The position numbers and the translations under genes were made by a program. DNA of 64,000 bases from Nemertoderma westbladi (Eukaryota > Animalia > Xenacoelomorpha): NCBI GenBank assembly GCA_032718475.1, contig JAUCBJ010007690.1, positions 1 through 64,000 of the forward strand. Reading direction: 5' to 3'. This document shows positions 42,901 to 57,597 of this stretch, in pieces. How positions within the stretch are numbered: position 1 is the stretch's first letter; each line of letters opens with the position of its first letter. The notes beneath the pieces were generated by a model. That model saw nothing but the letters and a program-made list of their open reading frames with translations. It ran no database searches and was not told where the DNA came from.

Positions 42901-45900
42901 TAACATTGCATAATTAATTCAGGTATTGATTCATTATAACATTGCATATGCATAATTAATTCAGGTATTGATTCATTATAACATTGCATAATTAATTCTG
43001 GTATTGATTCATTGTAACATTGCATAATTAATTCAGGTATTGATTCATTATAACATTGCATAATTAATTCAGGTATTGATTCATTATAACATTGCATATG
43101 CATAATTAATTCAGGTATTGATTCATTATAACATTGCATAATTAATTCAGGTATTGATTCATTATAACATTGCATAATTAATTCAGGTATTGATTCATTA
43201 TAACATTGCATATGCATAATTAATTCAGGTATTGATTCATTATAACATTGCATAATTAATTCAGGTATTGATTCATTATAACATTGCATATGCATAATTA
43301 ATTCAGGTATTGATTCATTATAACATTGCATAATTAATTCAGGTATTGATTCATTGTAACATTGCATAATTAATTCAGGTATTGATTCATTATAACATTG
43401 CATATGCATAATTAATTCAGGTATTGATTCATTATAACATTGCATAATTAATTCAGGTATTGATTCAATATAACATTGCATAATTAATTCCGGTAATTAT
43501 TCATTATAACATTGCATAATTAATTCAGGTATTGATTCATTATAACATTGCATAATTAATTCTGGTATTGATTCATTGTAACATTGCATAATTAATTCAG
43601 GTATTGATTCATTATAACATTGCATATGCATAATTAATTCAGGTATTGATTCATTATAACATTGCATAATTAATTCAGGTATTGATTCATTGTAACATTG
43701 CATAATTAATTCAGGTATTGATTCATTATAACATTGCATATGCATAATTAATTCAGGTATTGATTCATTATAACATTGCATAATTAATTCAGGTATTGAT
43801 TCATTATAACATTGCATAATTAATTCAGGTATTGATTCATTATAACATTGCATAATTAATTCAGGTATTGATTCATTGTAACATTGCATAATAATTAATT
43901 CTGGTATTGATTCATTATAACATTGCATATGCATAATTAATTCAGGTATTGATTCATTATAACATTGCATAATTAATTCAGGTTTTGATTCATTATAACA
44001 TTGCATAATTAATTCAGGTATTGATTCATTGTAACATTGCATAATTAATTCAGGTATTGATTCATTATAACATTGCATATGCATAATTAATTCAGGCATT
44101 GATTCAATATAACATTGTATAATTAATTCAGGTATTGATTCATTGTAACATTGCATTATTAATTCTGGTATTGATTCATTATAACATTGCATATGCATAA
44201 TTAATTCAGGTATTGATTCATTGTAACATTGCATAATTAATTCTGGTATTGATTCATTATAACATTGCATATGCATAATTAATTCAGGTATTGATTCATT
44301 ATAACATTGCATAATTAATTCAGGTATTGATTCATTGTAACATTGCATAATTAATTCAGGTATTGATTCATTGTAACATTGCATAATTAATTCTGGTATT
44401 GATTCATTATAACATTGCATATGCATAATTAATTCAGGTATTGATTCATTATAACATTGCATAATTAATTCAGGCATTGATTCAATATAACATTGCATAA
44501 TTAATTCAGGTATTGATTCATTATAACATTGCATATGCATAATTAATTCAGGTATTGATTCATTATAACATTGCATAATTAATTCAGGTATTGATTCATT
44601 ATAACATTGCATAATTAATTCAGGTATTGATTCATTATAACATTGCATAATTAATTCAGGTATTGATTCATTGTAACATTGCATAATAATTAATTCAGGT
44701 ATTGATTCATTATAACATTGCATAATTAATTCAGGTTTTGATTCATTATAACATTGCATAATTAATTCCTGTATTGATTCATTGTAACATTGCATAATTA
44801 ATTCTGGTATTGATTCATTATAACATTGCATATGCATAATTAATTCAGGTATTGATTCATTATAACATTGCATAATAATTAATTCAGGCATTGATTCAAT
44901 ATGACATTGTATAATTAATTCAGGTATTGATTCATTGTAACATTGCATTATTAATTCTGGTATTGATTCATTATAACATTGCATATGCATAATTAATTCA
45001 GGTATTTATTCATTTTAACATTGCATAATAATTAATTCAGGCATTGATTCATTATAACATTGCATAATTAATTCAGGTATTGATTCATTATAACATTGCA
45101 TAATTAATTCAGGTATTGATTCATTGTAACATTGCATAATAATTAATTCTGGTATTGATTCATTATAACATTGAAAAATTAATTCAGGTATTGATTCATT
45201 TATAACATTGCATAATTAATTCTGGTATTGATTCATTATAACATTGCATATGCATAATTAATTCAGGTATTGATTCATTATAACATTGCATAATTAATTC
45301 AGGTATTGATTCATTGTAACATTGCATAATTAATTCTGGTATTGATTCATTATAACATTGCATATGCATAATTAATTCAGGTATTGATTCATTATAACAT
45401 TGCATAATAATTAATTCAGGCATTGATTCAATATGACATTGTATAATTAATTCAGGTATTGATTCATTGTAACATTGCATTATTAATTCTGGTATTGATT
45501 CATTATAACATTGCATATGCATAATTAATTCAGGTATTTATTCATTTTAACATTGCATAATAATTAATTCAGGCATTGATTCATTATAACATTGCATAAT
45601 TAATTCTGGTATTGATTCATTATAACATTGCATATGCATAATTAATTCAGGTATTGATTCATTATAACATTGCATAATAATTAATTCAGGCATTGATTCA
45701 ATATGACATTGTATAATTAATTCAGGTATTGATTCATTGTAACATTGCATTATTAATTCTGGTATTGATTCATTATAACATTGCATATGCATAATTAATT
45801 CAGGTATTTATTCATTTTAACATTGCATAATAATTAATTCAGGCATTGATTCATTATAACATTGCATAATTAATTCAGGTATTGATTCATTATAACATTG

Positions 45901-48900
45901 CATAATTAATTCAGGTATTGATTCATTGTAACATTGCATAATAATTAATTCTGGTATTGATTCATTATAACATTGAAAAATTAATTCAGGTATTGATTCA
46001 TTTATAACATTGCATAATTAATTCTGGTATTGATTCATTATAACATTGCATATGCATAATTAATTCAGGTATTGATTCATTATAACATTGCATAATTAAT
46101 TCAGGTATTGATTCATTGTAACATTGCATAATTAATTCAGGTATTGATTCATTGTAACATTGCATAATTAATTCTGGTATTGATTCATTATAACATTGCA
46201 TATGCATAATTAATTCAGGTATTTATTCATTTTAACATTGCATAATAATTAATTCAGGCATTGATTCATTATAACATTGCATAATTAATTCAGGTATTGA
46301 TTCATTATAACATTGCATAATTAATTCAGGTATTGATTCATTGTAACATTGCATAATAATTAATTCTGGTATTGATTCATTATAACATTGAAAAATTAAT
46401 TCAGGTATTGATTCATTTATAACATTGCATATGCATAATTAATTCAGGTATTGATTCATTATAACATTGCATAATTAATTCAGGTATTGATTCATTATAA
46501 CATTGCATAATTAATTCAGGTATTGATTCATTGTAACATTGCATAATAATTAATTCTGGTATTGATTCATTATAACATTGCATAATTAATTCAGGTATTG
46601 ATTCATTGTAACATTGCATAATAATTAATTCTGGTATTGATTCATTATAACATTGAAAAATTAATTCAGGTATTGATTCATTATAACATTGCATATGCAT
46701 AATTAATTCAGGTTTTGATTCATTATAACATTGCATAATTAATTCCTGTATTGATTCATTGTAACATTGCATAATTAATTCTGGTATTGATTCATTATAA
46801 CATTGCATATGCATAATTAATTCAGGTATTGATTCATTATAACATTGCATAATAATTAATTCAGGCATTGATTCAATATGACATTGTATAATTAATTCAG
46901 GTATTGATTCATTGTAACATTGCATTATTAATTCTGGTATTGATTCATTATAACATTGCATATGCATAATTAATTCAGGTATTGATTCATTGTAACATTG
47001 CATAATTAATTCAGGTATTGATTCATTATAACATTGCATAATTAATTCAGGTATTGATTCATTGTAACATTGCATAATAATTAATTCTGGTATTGATTCA
47101 TTATAACATTGAAAAATTAATTCAGGTATTGATTCATTATAACATTGCATATGCATAATTAATTCAGGTATTGATTCATTATAACATTGCATAATTAATT
47201 CAGGTTTTGATTCATTATAACATTGCATAATTAATTCAGGTATTGATTCATTGTAACATTGCATAATAATTAATTCTGGTATTGATTCATTATAACATTG
47301 AAAAATTAATTCAGGTATTGATTCATTATAACATTGCATATGCATAATTAATTCAGGTATTGATTCATTATAACATTGCATAATTAATTCAGGTTTTGAT
47401 TCATTATAACATTGCATAATTAATTCCTGTATTGATTCATTGTAACATTGCATAATTAATTCTGGTATTGATTCATTATAACATTGCATATGCATAATTA
47501 ATTCAGGTATTGATTCATTATAACATTGCATAATAATTAATTCAGGCATTGATTCAATATGACATTGTATAATTAATTCAGGTATTGATTCATTGTAACA
47601 TTGCATTATTAATTCTGGTATTGATTCATTATAACATTGCATATGCATAATTAATTCAGGTATTGATTCATTGTAACATTGCATAATTAATTCTGGTATT
47701 GATTCATTATAACATTGCATATGCATAATTAATTCAGGTATTGATTCATTATAACATTGCATAATAATTAATTCAGGCATTGATTCAATATAACATTGCA
47801 TAATTAATTCAGGTATTGATTCATTGTAACATTGCATAATTAATTCTGGTATTGTTTCATTATAACATTGCATAATTAATTCAGGTATTGAGTCATTGTA
47901 ACATTGCATAATTAATTCAGGTATTGATTCATTATAACATTGCATAATTAATTCAGGTATTGATTCATTGTAACATTGCATAATTAATTCAGGTATTGAT
48001 TCATTGTAACATTGCATAATTAATTCAGGTATTGATTCATTGTAACATTGCATAATTAATTCTGGTATTGATTCATTATAACATTGCATATGCATAATTA
48101 ATTCAGGTATTGATTCATTATAACATTGCATAATAATTAATTCAGGCATTGATTCAATATAACATTGTATAATTAATTCAGGTATTGATTCATTGTAACA
48201 TTGCATTATTAATTCTGGTATTGATTCATTATAACATTGCATATGCATAATTAATTCAGGTATTGATTCATTGTAACATTGCATAATTAATTCCTGTATT
48301 GATTCATTGTAACATTGCATTATTAATTCTGGTATTGATTCATTATAACATTGCATATGCATAATTAATTCAGGTATTGATTCATTGTAACATTGCATAA
48401 TTAATTCTGGTATTGATTCATTATAACATTGCATATGCATAATTAATTCAGGTATTGATTCATTATAACATTGCATAATAATTAATTCAGGCATTGATTC
48501 AATATAACATTGCATAATTAATTCAGGTATTGATTCATTGTAACATTGCATAATTAATTCTGGTATTGATTCATTGTAACATTGTATAATAATTAATTCA
48601 GGTATTGTTTCATAATAAGATTGAAAAATTAATTCAGATATTGATTCAATGTAACATTGTATAATAATTAATTCAGGTATTGATTCATTTATTATATTGA
48701 AAAATTATTACAGGTATTGATTCCTTGTAACAATGCATAATAATTAATTCAGGTATTGATTCATTGTAACATTGCATAATTAATTCTGGTATTGATTCAT
48801 TGTAACATTGTATAATAATTAATTCAGGTATTGTTTCATAATAAGATTGAAAAATTAATTCAGATATTGATTCATTGTAACAATGCATAATAATTAATTC

Positions 48901-51900
48901 AGGTATTGATTCATTGTAACATTGCATAATAATTAATTCAGGTGTTTATTCATTATAACATTGCATAATTAATTCAGGTATTGATTCATTATAACATTGC
49001 ATATGCATAATTAATTCAGGTATTGATTCATTGTAACATTGCATAATTAATTCTGGTATTGATTCATTATAACATTGCATATGCATAATTAATTCAGGTA
49101 TTGATTCATTATAACATTGCATAATAATTAATTCAGGCATTGATTCAATATAACATTGCATAATTAATTCAGGTATTGATTCATTGTAACATTGCATAAT
49201 TAATTCTGGTATTGATTCATTGTAACATTGTATAATAATTAATTCAGGTATTGTTTCATAATAAGATTGAAAAATTAATTCAGATATTGATTCATTGTAA
49301 CAATGCATAATAATTAATTCAGGTATTGATTCATTGTAACATTGCATAATAATTAATTCAGGTGTTTATTCATTATAACATTGCATAATTAATTCAGGTA
49401 TTGATTCATTATAACTTTGCATATGCATAATTAATTCAGGTATTGATTCATTATAACATTGCATAGTTAATTCAGGTATTGATTCATTGTAACATTGCAT
49501 AATTAATTCTGGTATTGATTCATTATAACATTGCATATGCATAATTAATTCAGGTATTGATTCATTATAACATTGCATAATAATTAATTCAGGCATTGAT
49601 TCAATATAACATTGCATAATTAATTCAGGTATTGATTCATTGTAACATTGCATAATTAATTCTGGTATTGATTCATTGTAACATTGTATAATAATTAATT
49701 CAGGTATTGTTTCATAATAAGATTGAAAAATTAATTCAGATATTGATTCATTGTAACAATGCATAATAATTAATTCAGGTATTGATTCATTGTAACATTG
49801 CATAATAATTAATTCAGGTGTTTATTCATTATAACATTGCATAATTAATTCAGGTATTGATTCATTATAACATTGCATATGCATAATTAATTCAGGTATT
49901 GATTCATTATAACATTGCATATGCATAATTAATTCAGGTATTGATTCATTATAACATTGCATAATTAATTCAGGTATTGATTCATTGTAACATTGCATAA
50001 TTAATTCAGGCATTGATTCATTATAACATTGCATATGCATAATTAATTCAGGTATTGATTCATTATAACATTGCATAATTAATTCAGGTATTGATTCATT
50101 ATAACATTGCATAATTAATTCAGGTATTGATTCATTGTAACATTGCATAATTAATTCAGGTATTGATTCATTATAACATTGCATATGCATAATTAATTCA
50201 GGTATTGATTCATTATAACATTGCATAATTAATTCAGGTATTGATTCATTATAACATTGCATAATTAATTCTGGTATTGATTCATTGTAACATTGCATAA
50301 TTAATTCAGGTATTGATTCATTATAACATTGCATAATTAATTCAGGTATTGATTCATTATAACATTGCATATGCATAATTAATTCAGGTATTGATTCATT
50401 ATAACATTGCATAATTAATTCAGGTATTGATTCATTGTAACATTGCATAATTAATTCAGGTATTGATTCATTGTAACATTGCATAATTAATTCTGGTATT
50501 GATTCATTGTAACATTGTATAATAATTAATTCAGGTATTGATTCATTATAACATTGCATATGCATAATTAATTCAGGTATTGATTCATTATAACATTGCA
50601 TAATTAATTCAGGTATTGATTCATTATAACATTGCATAATTAATTCAGGTATTGATTCATTGTAACATTGCATAATTAATTCTGGTATTGATTCATTGTA
50701 ACATTGTATAATAATTAATTCAGGTATTGTTTCATAATAAGATTGAAAAATTAATTCAGATATTGATTCATTGTAACAATGCATAATAATTAATTCAGGT
50801 ATTGATTCATTGTAACATTGCATAATTAATTCAGGTATTGATTCATTATAACATTGCATATGCATAATTAATTCAGGTATTGATTCATTATAACATTGCA
50901 TAGTTAATTCAGGTATTGATTCATTGTAACATTGCATAATTAATTCTGGTATTGATTCATTATAACATTGCATATGCATAATTAATTCAGGTATTGATTC
51001 ATTATAACATTGCATAATAATTAATTCAGGCATTGATTCAATATAACATTGCATAATTAATTCAGGTATTGATTCATTGTAACATTGCATAATTAATTCT
51101 GGTATTGATTCATTGTAACATTGTATAATAATTAATTCAGGTATTGTTTCATAATAAGATTGAAAAATTAATTCAGATATTGATTCATTGTAACAATGCA
51201 TAATAATTAATTCAGGTATTGATTCATTGTAACATTGCATAATAATTAATTCAGGTGTTTATTCATTATAACATTGCATAATTAATTCAGGTATTGATTC
51301 ATTATAACATTGCATAATTAATTCAGGTATTGATTCATTGTAACATTGCATAATTAATTCAGGTATTGATTCATTATAACATTGCATATGCATAATTAAT
51401 TCAGGTATTGATTCATTATAACATTGCATAATTAATTCAGGTATTGATTCATTGTAACATTGCATAATTAATTCAGGCATTGATTCATTATAACATTGCA
51501 TATGCATAATTAATTCAGGTATTGATTCATTATAACATTGCATAATTAATTCAGGTATTGATTCATTATAACATTGCATAATTAATTCAGGTATTGATTC
51601 ATTGTAACATTGCATAATTAATTCAGGTATTGATTCATTATAACATTGCATATGCATAATTAATTCAGGTATTGATTCATTATAACATTGCATAATTAAT
51701 TCAGGTATTGATTCATTATAACATTGCATAATTAATTCTGGTATTGATTCATTGTAACATTGCATAATTAATTCAGGTATTGATTCATTATAACATTGCA
51801 TATGCATAATTAATTCAGGTATTGATTCATTATAACATTGCATAATTAATTCAGGTATTGATTCATTATAACATTGCATAATTAATTCAGGTATTGATTC

Positions 51901-54900
51901 ATTATAACATTGCATATGCATAATTAATTCAGGTATTGATTCATTGTAACATTGCATAATTAATTCAGGCATTGATTCATTATAACATTGCATATGCATA
52001 ATTAATTCAGATATTGATTCATTATAACATTGCATAATTAATTCAGGTATTGATTCATTGTAACATTGCATAATTAATTCAGATATTGATTCATTATAAC
52101 ATTGCATAATTAATTCAGGTATTGATTCATTATAACATTGCATAATTAATTCAGGTATTGATTCATTGTAACATTGCATAATTAATTCAGGTATTGATTC
52201 ATTATAACATTGCATAATTAATTCTGGTATTGATTCATTGTAACATTGCATAATTAATTCAGGTATTGATTCATTATAACATTGCATATGCATAATTAAT
52301 TCAGGTATTGATTCATTATAACATTGCATAATTAATTCAGGTATTGATTCATTATAACATTGCATAATTAATTCAGGTATTGATTCATTATAACATTGCA
52401 TATGCATAATTAATTCAGGTATTGATTCATTGTAACATTGCATAATTAATTCAGGCATTGATTCATTATAACATTGCATATGCATAATTAATTCAGATAT
52501 TGATTCATTATAACATTGCATAATTAATTCAGGTATTGATTCATTATAACATTGCATAATTAATTCAGGTATTGATTCATTGTAACATTGCATAATTAAT
52601 TCAGGTATTGATTCATTATAACATTGCATAATTAATTCAGGTATTGATTCATTATAACATTGCATATGCATAATTAATTCAGGTATTGATTCATTATAAC
52701 ATTGCATAATTAATTCAGGTATTGATTCATTATAACATTGCATAATTAATTCTGGTATTGATTCATTGTAACATTGCATAATTAATTCAGGTATTGATTC
52801 ATTATAACATTGCATATGCATAATTAATTCAGGTATTGATTCATTATAACATTGCATAATTAATTCAGGTATTGATTCATTATAACATTGCATAATTAAT
52901 TCAGGTATTGATTCATTATAACATTGCATATGCATAATTAATTCAGGTATTGATTCATTATAACATTGCATAATTAATTCAGGTATTGATTCATTGTAAC
53001 ATTGCATAATTAATTCAGGTATTGATTCATTATAACATTGCATATGCATAATTAATTCAGGTATTGATTCATTATAACATTGCATAATTAATTCAGGTAT
53101 TGATTCATTATAACATTGCATAATTAATTCAGGTATTGATTCATTATAACATTGCATAATTAATTCAGGTATTGATTCATTGTAACATTGCATAATAATT
53201 AATTCTGGTATTGATTCATTATAACATTGCATATGCATAATTAATTCAGGTATTGATTCATTATAACATTGCATAATTAATTCAGGTTTTGATTCATTAT
53301 AACATTGCATAATTAATTCAGGTATTGATTCATTGTAACATTGCATAATTAATTCTGGTATTGATTCATTATAACATTGCATAATTAATTCCTGTATTGA
53401 TTCATTGTAACATTGCATAATTAATTCAGGTATTGATTCATTATAACATTGCATATGCATAATTAATTCAGGTATTGATTCATTATAACATTGCATAATT
53501 AATTCAGGTATTGATTCATTATAACATTGCATAATTAATTCTGGTTTTGATTCATTATAACATTGCATAATTAATTCAGGTATTGATTCATTATAACATT
53601 GCATAATAATTAATTCAGGCATTGATTCAATATAACATTGTATAATTAATTCAGGTATTGATTCATTGTAACATTGCATTATTAATTCTGGTATTGATTC
53701 ATTATAACATTGCATATGCATAATTAATTCGGGTATTGATTCATTGTAACATTGCATAATTAATTCTGGTATTGATTCATTATAACATTGCATATGCATA
53801 ATTAATTCAGGTATTGATTCATTATAACATTGCATAATTAATTCAGGTATTGATTCATTGTAACATTGCATAATTAATTCAGGTATTGATTCATTGTAAC
53901 ATTGCATAATTAATTCTGGTATTGATTCATTATAACATTGCATATGCATAATTAATTCAGGTATTGATTCATTATAACATTGCATAATTAATTCAGGCAT
54001 TGATTCAATATAACATTGCATAATTAATTCAGGTATTGATTCATTATAACATTGCATATGCATAATTAATTCAGGTATTGATTCATTATAACATTGCATA
54101 ATTAATTCAGGTATTGATTCATTATAACATTGCATAATTAATTCAGGTATTGATTCATTATAACATTGCATAATTAATTCAGGTATTGATTCATTGTAAC
54201 ATTGCATAATAATTAATTCTGGTATTGATTCATTATAACAATGCATATGCATAATTAATTCAGGTATTGATTCATTATAACATTGCATAATTAATTCAGG
54301 TTTTGATTCATTATAACATTGCATAATTAATTCAGGTATTGATTCATTGTAACATTGCATAATTAATTCTGGTATTGATTCATTATAACATTGCATATGC
54401 ATAATTAATTCAGGTATTGATTCATTATAACATTGCATAATAATTAATTCAGGCATTGATTCAATATAACATTGTATAATTAATTCAGGTATTGATTCAT
54501 TGTAACATTGCATTATTAATTCTGGTATTGATTCATTATAACATTGCATATGCATAATTAATTCAGGTATTGATTCATTGTAACATTGCATAATTATTTC
54601 TGGTATTGATTCATTATAACATTGCATATGCATAATTAATTCAGGTATTGATTCATTATAACATTGCATAATTAATTCAGGTATTGATTCATTGTAACAT
54701 TGCATAATTAATTCAGGTATTGATTCATTGTAACATTGCATAATTAATTCTGGTATTGATTCATTATAACATTGCATATGCAAAATTAATTCAGGTATTG
54801 ATTCATTATAACATTGCATAATTAATTCAGGTATTGATTCATTATAACATTGCATAATTAATTCAGGTATTGATTCATTATAACATTGCATAATTAATTC

Positions 54901-57035
54901 AGGTATTGATTCATTATAACATTGCATAATTAATTCAGGTATTGATTCATTGTAACATTGCATAATTAATTCAGGTATTGATTCATTATAACATTGCATA
55001 ATTAATTCAGGTATTGATTCATTATAACATTGCATAATTAATTCAGGCATTGATTCAATATAACATTGCATAATTAATTCAGGTATTGATTCATTGTAAC
55101 ATTGCATAATTAATTCTGGTATTGATTCATTATAACATTGCATATGCATAATTAATTCAGGTATTGATTCATTATAACATTGCATAATAATTAATTCAGG
55201 CATTGATTCAATATAACATTGCATAATTAATTCAGGCATTGATTCAATATAACATTGCATAATTAATTCAGGTATTGATTCATTATAACATTGCATAATT
55301 AATTCAGGTATTGATTCATTGTAACATTGCATAATTAAATCAGGTATTGATTCATTATAACATTGCATAATTAATTCAGGCATTGATTCATTGTAACATT
55401 GCATAATTAATTCAGGTATTGATTCATTATAACATTGCATAATTAATTCAGGCATTGATTCATTGTAACATTGCATAATTAATTCAGGTATTGATTCATT
55501 ATAACATTGCATAATTAATTCAGGTATTGATTCATTATAACATTGCATAATTAATTCAGGTATTGATTCATTGTAACATTGCATAATTAATTCTGGTATT
55601 GATTCATTGTAACATTGCATAATTAAATCAGGTATTGATTCATTGTAACATTGCATAATTAATTCAGGTATTGATTCATTGTAACATTGCATAATTAAAT
55701 CAGGTATTGATTCATTGTAACATTGCATAATTAATTCAGGTATTGATTTATTGTAACATTGCATAATTAATTCAGGTATTGATTCATTATAACATTGCAT
55801 AATTAATTCAGGTATTGATTCATTGTAACATTGCATAATTAATTCAGGTATTGATTCATTGTAACATTGCATAATTAATTCTGGTATTGATTCATTATTA
55901 CATTGCATAATAATTAATTCTGGCATTGATTCATTGTAACATTGCATAATTAATTCAGGTATTGATTCATTGTAACATTGCATAATTAATTCAGGTTTTG
56001 ATTCATTGTAACATTGTATAATAATTAATTCAGGTATTGATTCATTGTAACATTGTATAATAATTAATTCAGGTATTGATTCATTGTAACATTGTATAAT
56101 AATTAATTCAGGTATTGATTCATTATTACATTGCATAATAATTAATTCTGGCATTGATTCATTGTAACATTGCATAATTAATTCAGGTATTGATTCATTA
56201 TAACATTGCATAATTAATTCAGGTATTGATTCATTGTAACATTGCATAATTAATTCAGGTTTTGATTCATTGTAACATTGCATAATTAATTCTGGTATTG
56301 ATTCATTATTACATTGCATAATAATTAATTCTGGCATTGATTCATTGTAACATTGCATAATTAATTCAGGTATTGATTCATTATAACATTGCATAATTAA
56401 TTCAGGTATTGATTCATTGTAACATTGCATAATTAATTCAGGTTTTGATTCATTGTAACATTGCATAATTAATTCTGGTATTGATTCATTATTACATTGC
56501 ATAATAATTAATTCTGGCATTGATTCATTGTAACATTGCATAATTAATTCAGGTATTGATTCATTGTAACATTGCATAATTAATTCAGGTATTGATTCAT
56601 TATAACATTGCATAATTAATTCAGGTATTGATTCATTGTAACATTGTATAATTAATTCAGGTATTGATTCATTATAACATTGCATATGCATACTTAATTC
56701 AGGTATTGATTCATGGTAACATTGCATAATTAATTCAGGTATTGATTCATTATAACATTGCATAATTAATTCAGGTATTGATTCATTGTAACATTGCATA
56801 ATTAATTCAGGTATTGATTCATTATAACATTGCATAATAATTAATTCTGGTATTGATTCATTGTAACATTGCACAATAATTACTTCAGGTATTGATTCAT
56901 TTATATCATTGAAAAATTAATTCAGGTATTGATTCATTGTAACAATGCATAATAATTAATTCAGGTATTGATTCATTTATATCATTGAAAAATTAATTCA
57001 GGTATTGATTCATTATATCATTGCATAAATTATTC
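27992..57035. repeat. 36-bp satellite, block C, rich in 42-bp (+ATGCAT) and 39-bp variants; degenerates at the right edge
   Basis: Continuous monomers. TTGCATATGCATAA variant is frequent from about 28840 to 55150. Last recognisable unit ends near 57035. Confidence 0.99.
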
Positions 57036-57039
57036 TGAT

Positions 57040-57597
57040 AATAGATACTTTTAGAGTGACAGATTTGCTTTGTGTCGTCTAATTCCTTCCATCACCATAA
57101 TAACCAATAAGTTCACATGTGTAGTAGTAGTTCCTATTATGTAATGCAGCCAAAGAGTTTAAAGCATATGAAACGTTCTTCAACCCAATCAAAGGTATTC
57201 AAACTTGTATCACCATCGCGGGCCTCCCATTTTCACCTTTTTCAATCTCCCCAGAAGAATATTCAACAGTAATTTTACATGTTTCAACTTCTATGGCAAT
57301 GCCCGTCGCTATACAATGAAATTCCTTGTTATCATCATAACGTGTTACATTTTTTATTAATTGTACGACTGGTGGATCGTTAAATACCCAACTCCATGTA
57401 TGGTCTTCCTCGGGTATATTAACTTCAAAAGGTATAAGATCTCTATCCGTACATCCAATTTTACCCAAATCATTTTCTTTATAAGTACAATTTGCTGGTT
57501 CACAGTAACAATATCTTTTATATCCATCCGCAGTAACAGTATCACTAATAGCAGCTGTGGCTAACGCTAACAACGCCAGTAGTATGCTTGAGTTCAT
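57040..57597 (-). pseudogene. Secreted or surface protein gene with signal peptide and Ig-like segments, interrupted by in-frame stops
   Basis: ATG at 57597: MNSSILLALLALATAAISDTVTA (signal-like), Cys-rich segment, IKNVTRYDDNKEFHCIAT...CKITVEY (Ig E-F-G-like). After TGA (57199-57201) the same frame reads IPLIGLKNVSYALNSLAALHNRNYYYTCELIGYYGDGRN*TTQSKSVTLKVSI (TAG 57079-57081). Could alternatively be an intact 132-aa secreted protein ending at 57199. Confidence 0.55.

Noticed and set aside
288-56874. Dozens of (MQCYNESIPELI)n ORFs as individual genes
   Set aside because: They are translations of the satellite. A 36-bp unit commonly has one stop-free frame by chance, and ORF ends track variant monomers. 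Kept only as a hypothesis in findings.
1-57035. CRISPR array (36-bp repeat length)
   Set aside because: No unique spacers, no cas genes, eukaryotic retroelement context.
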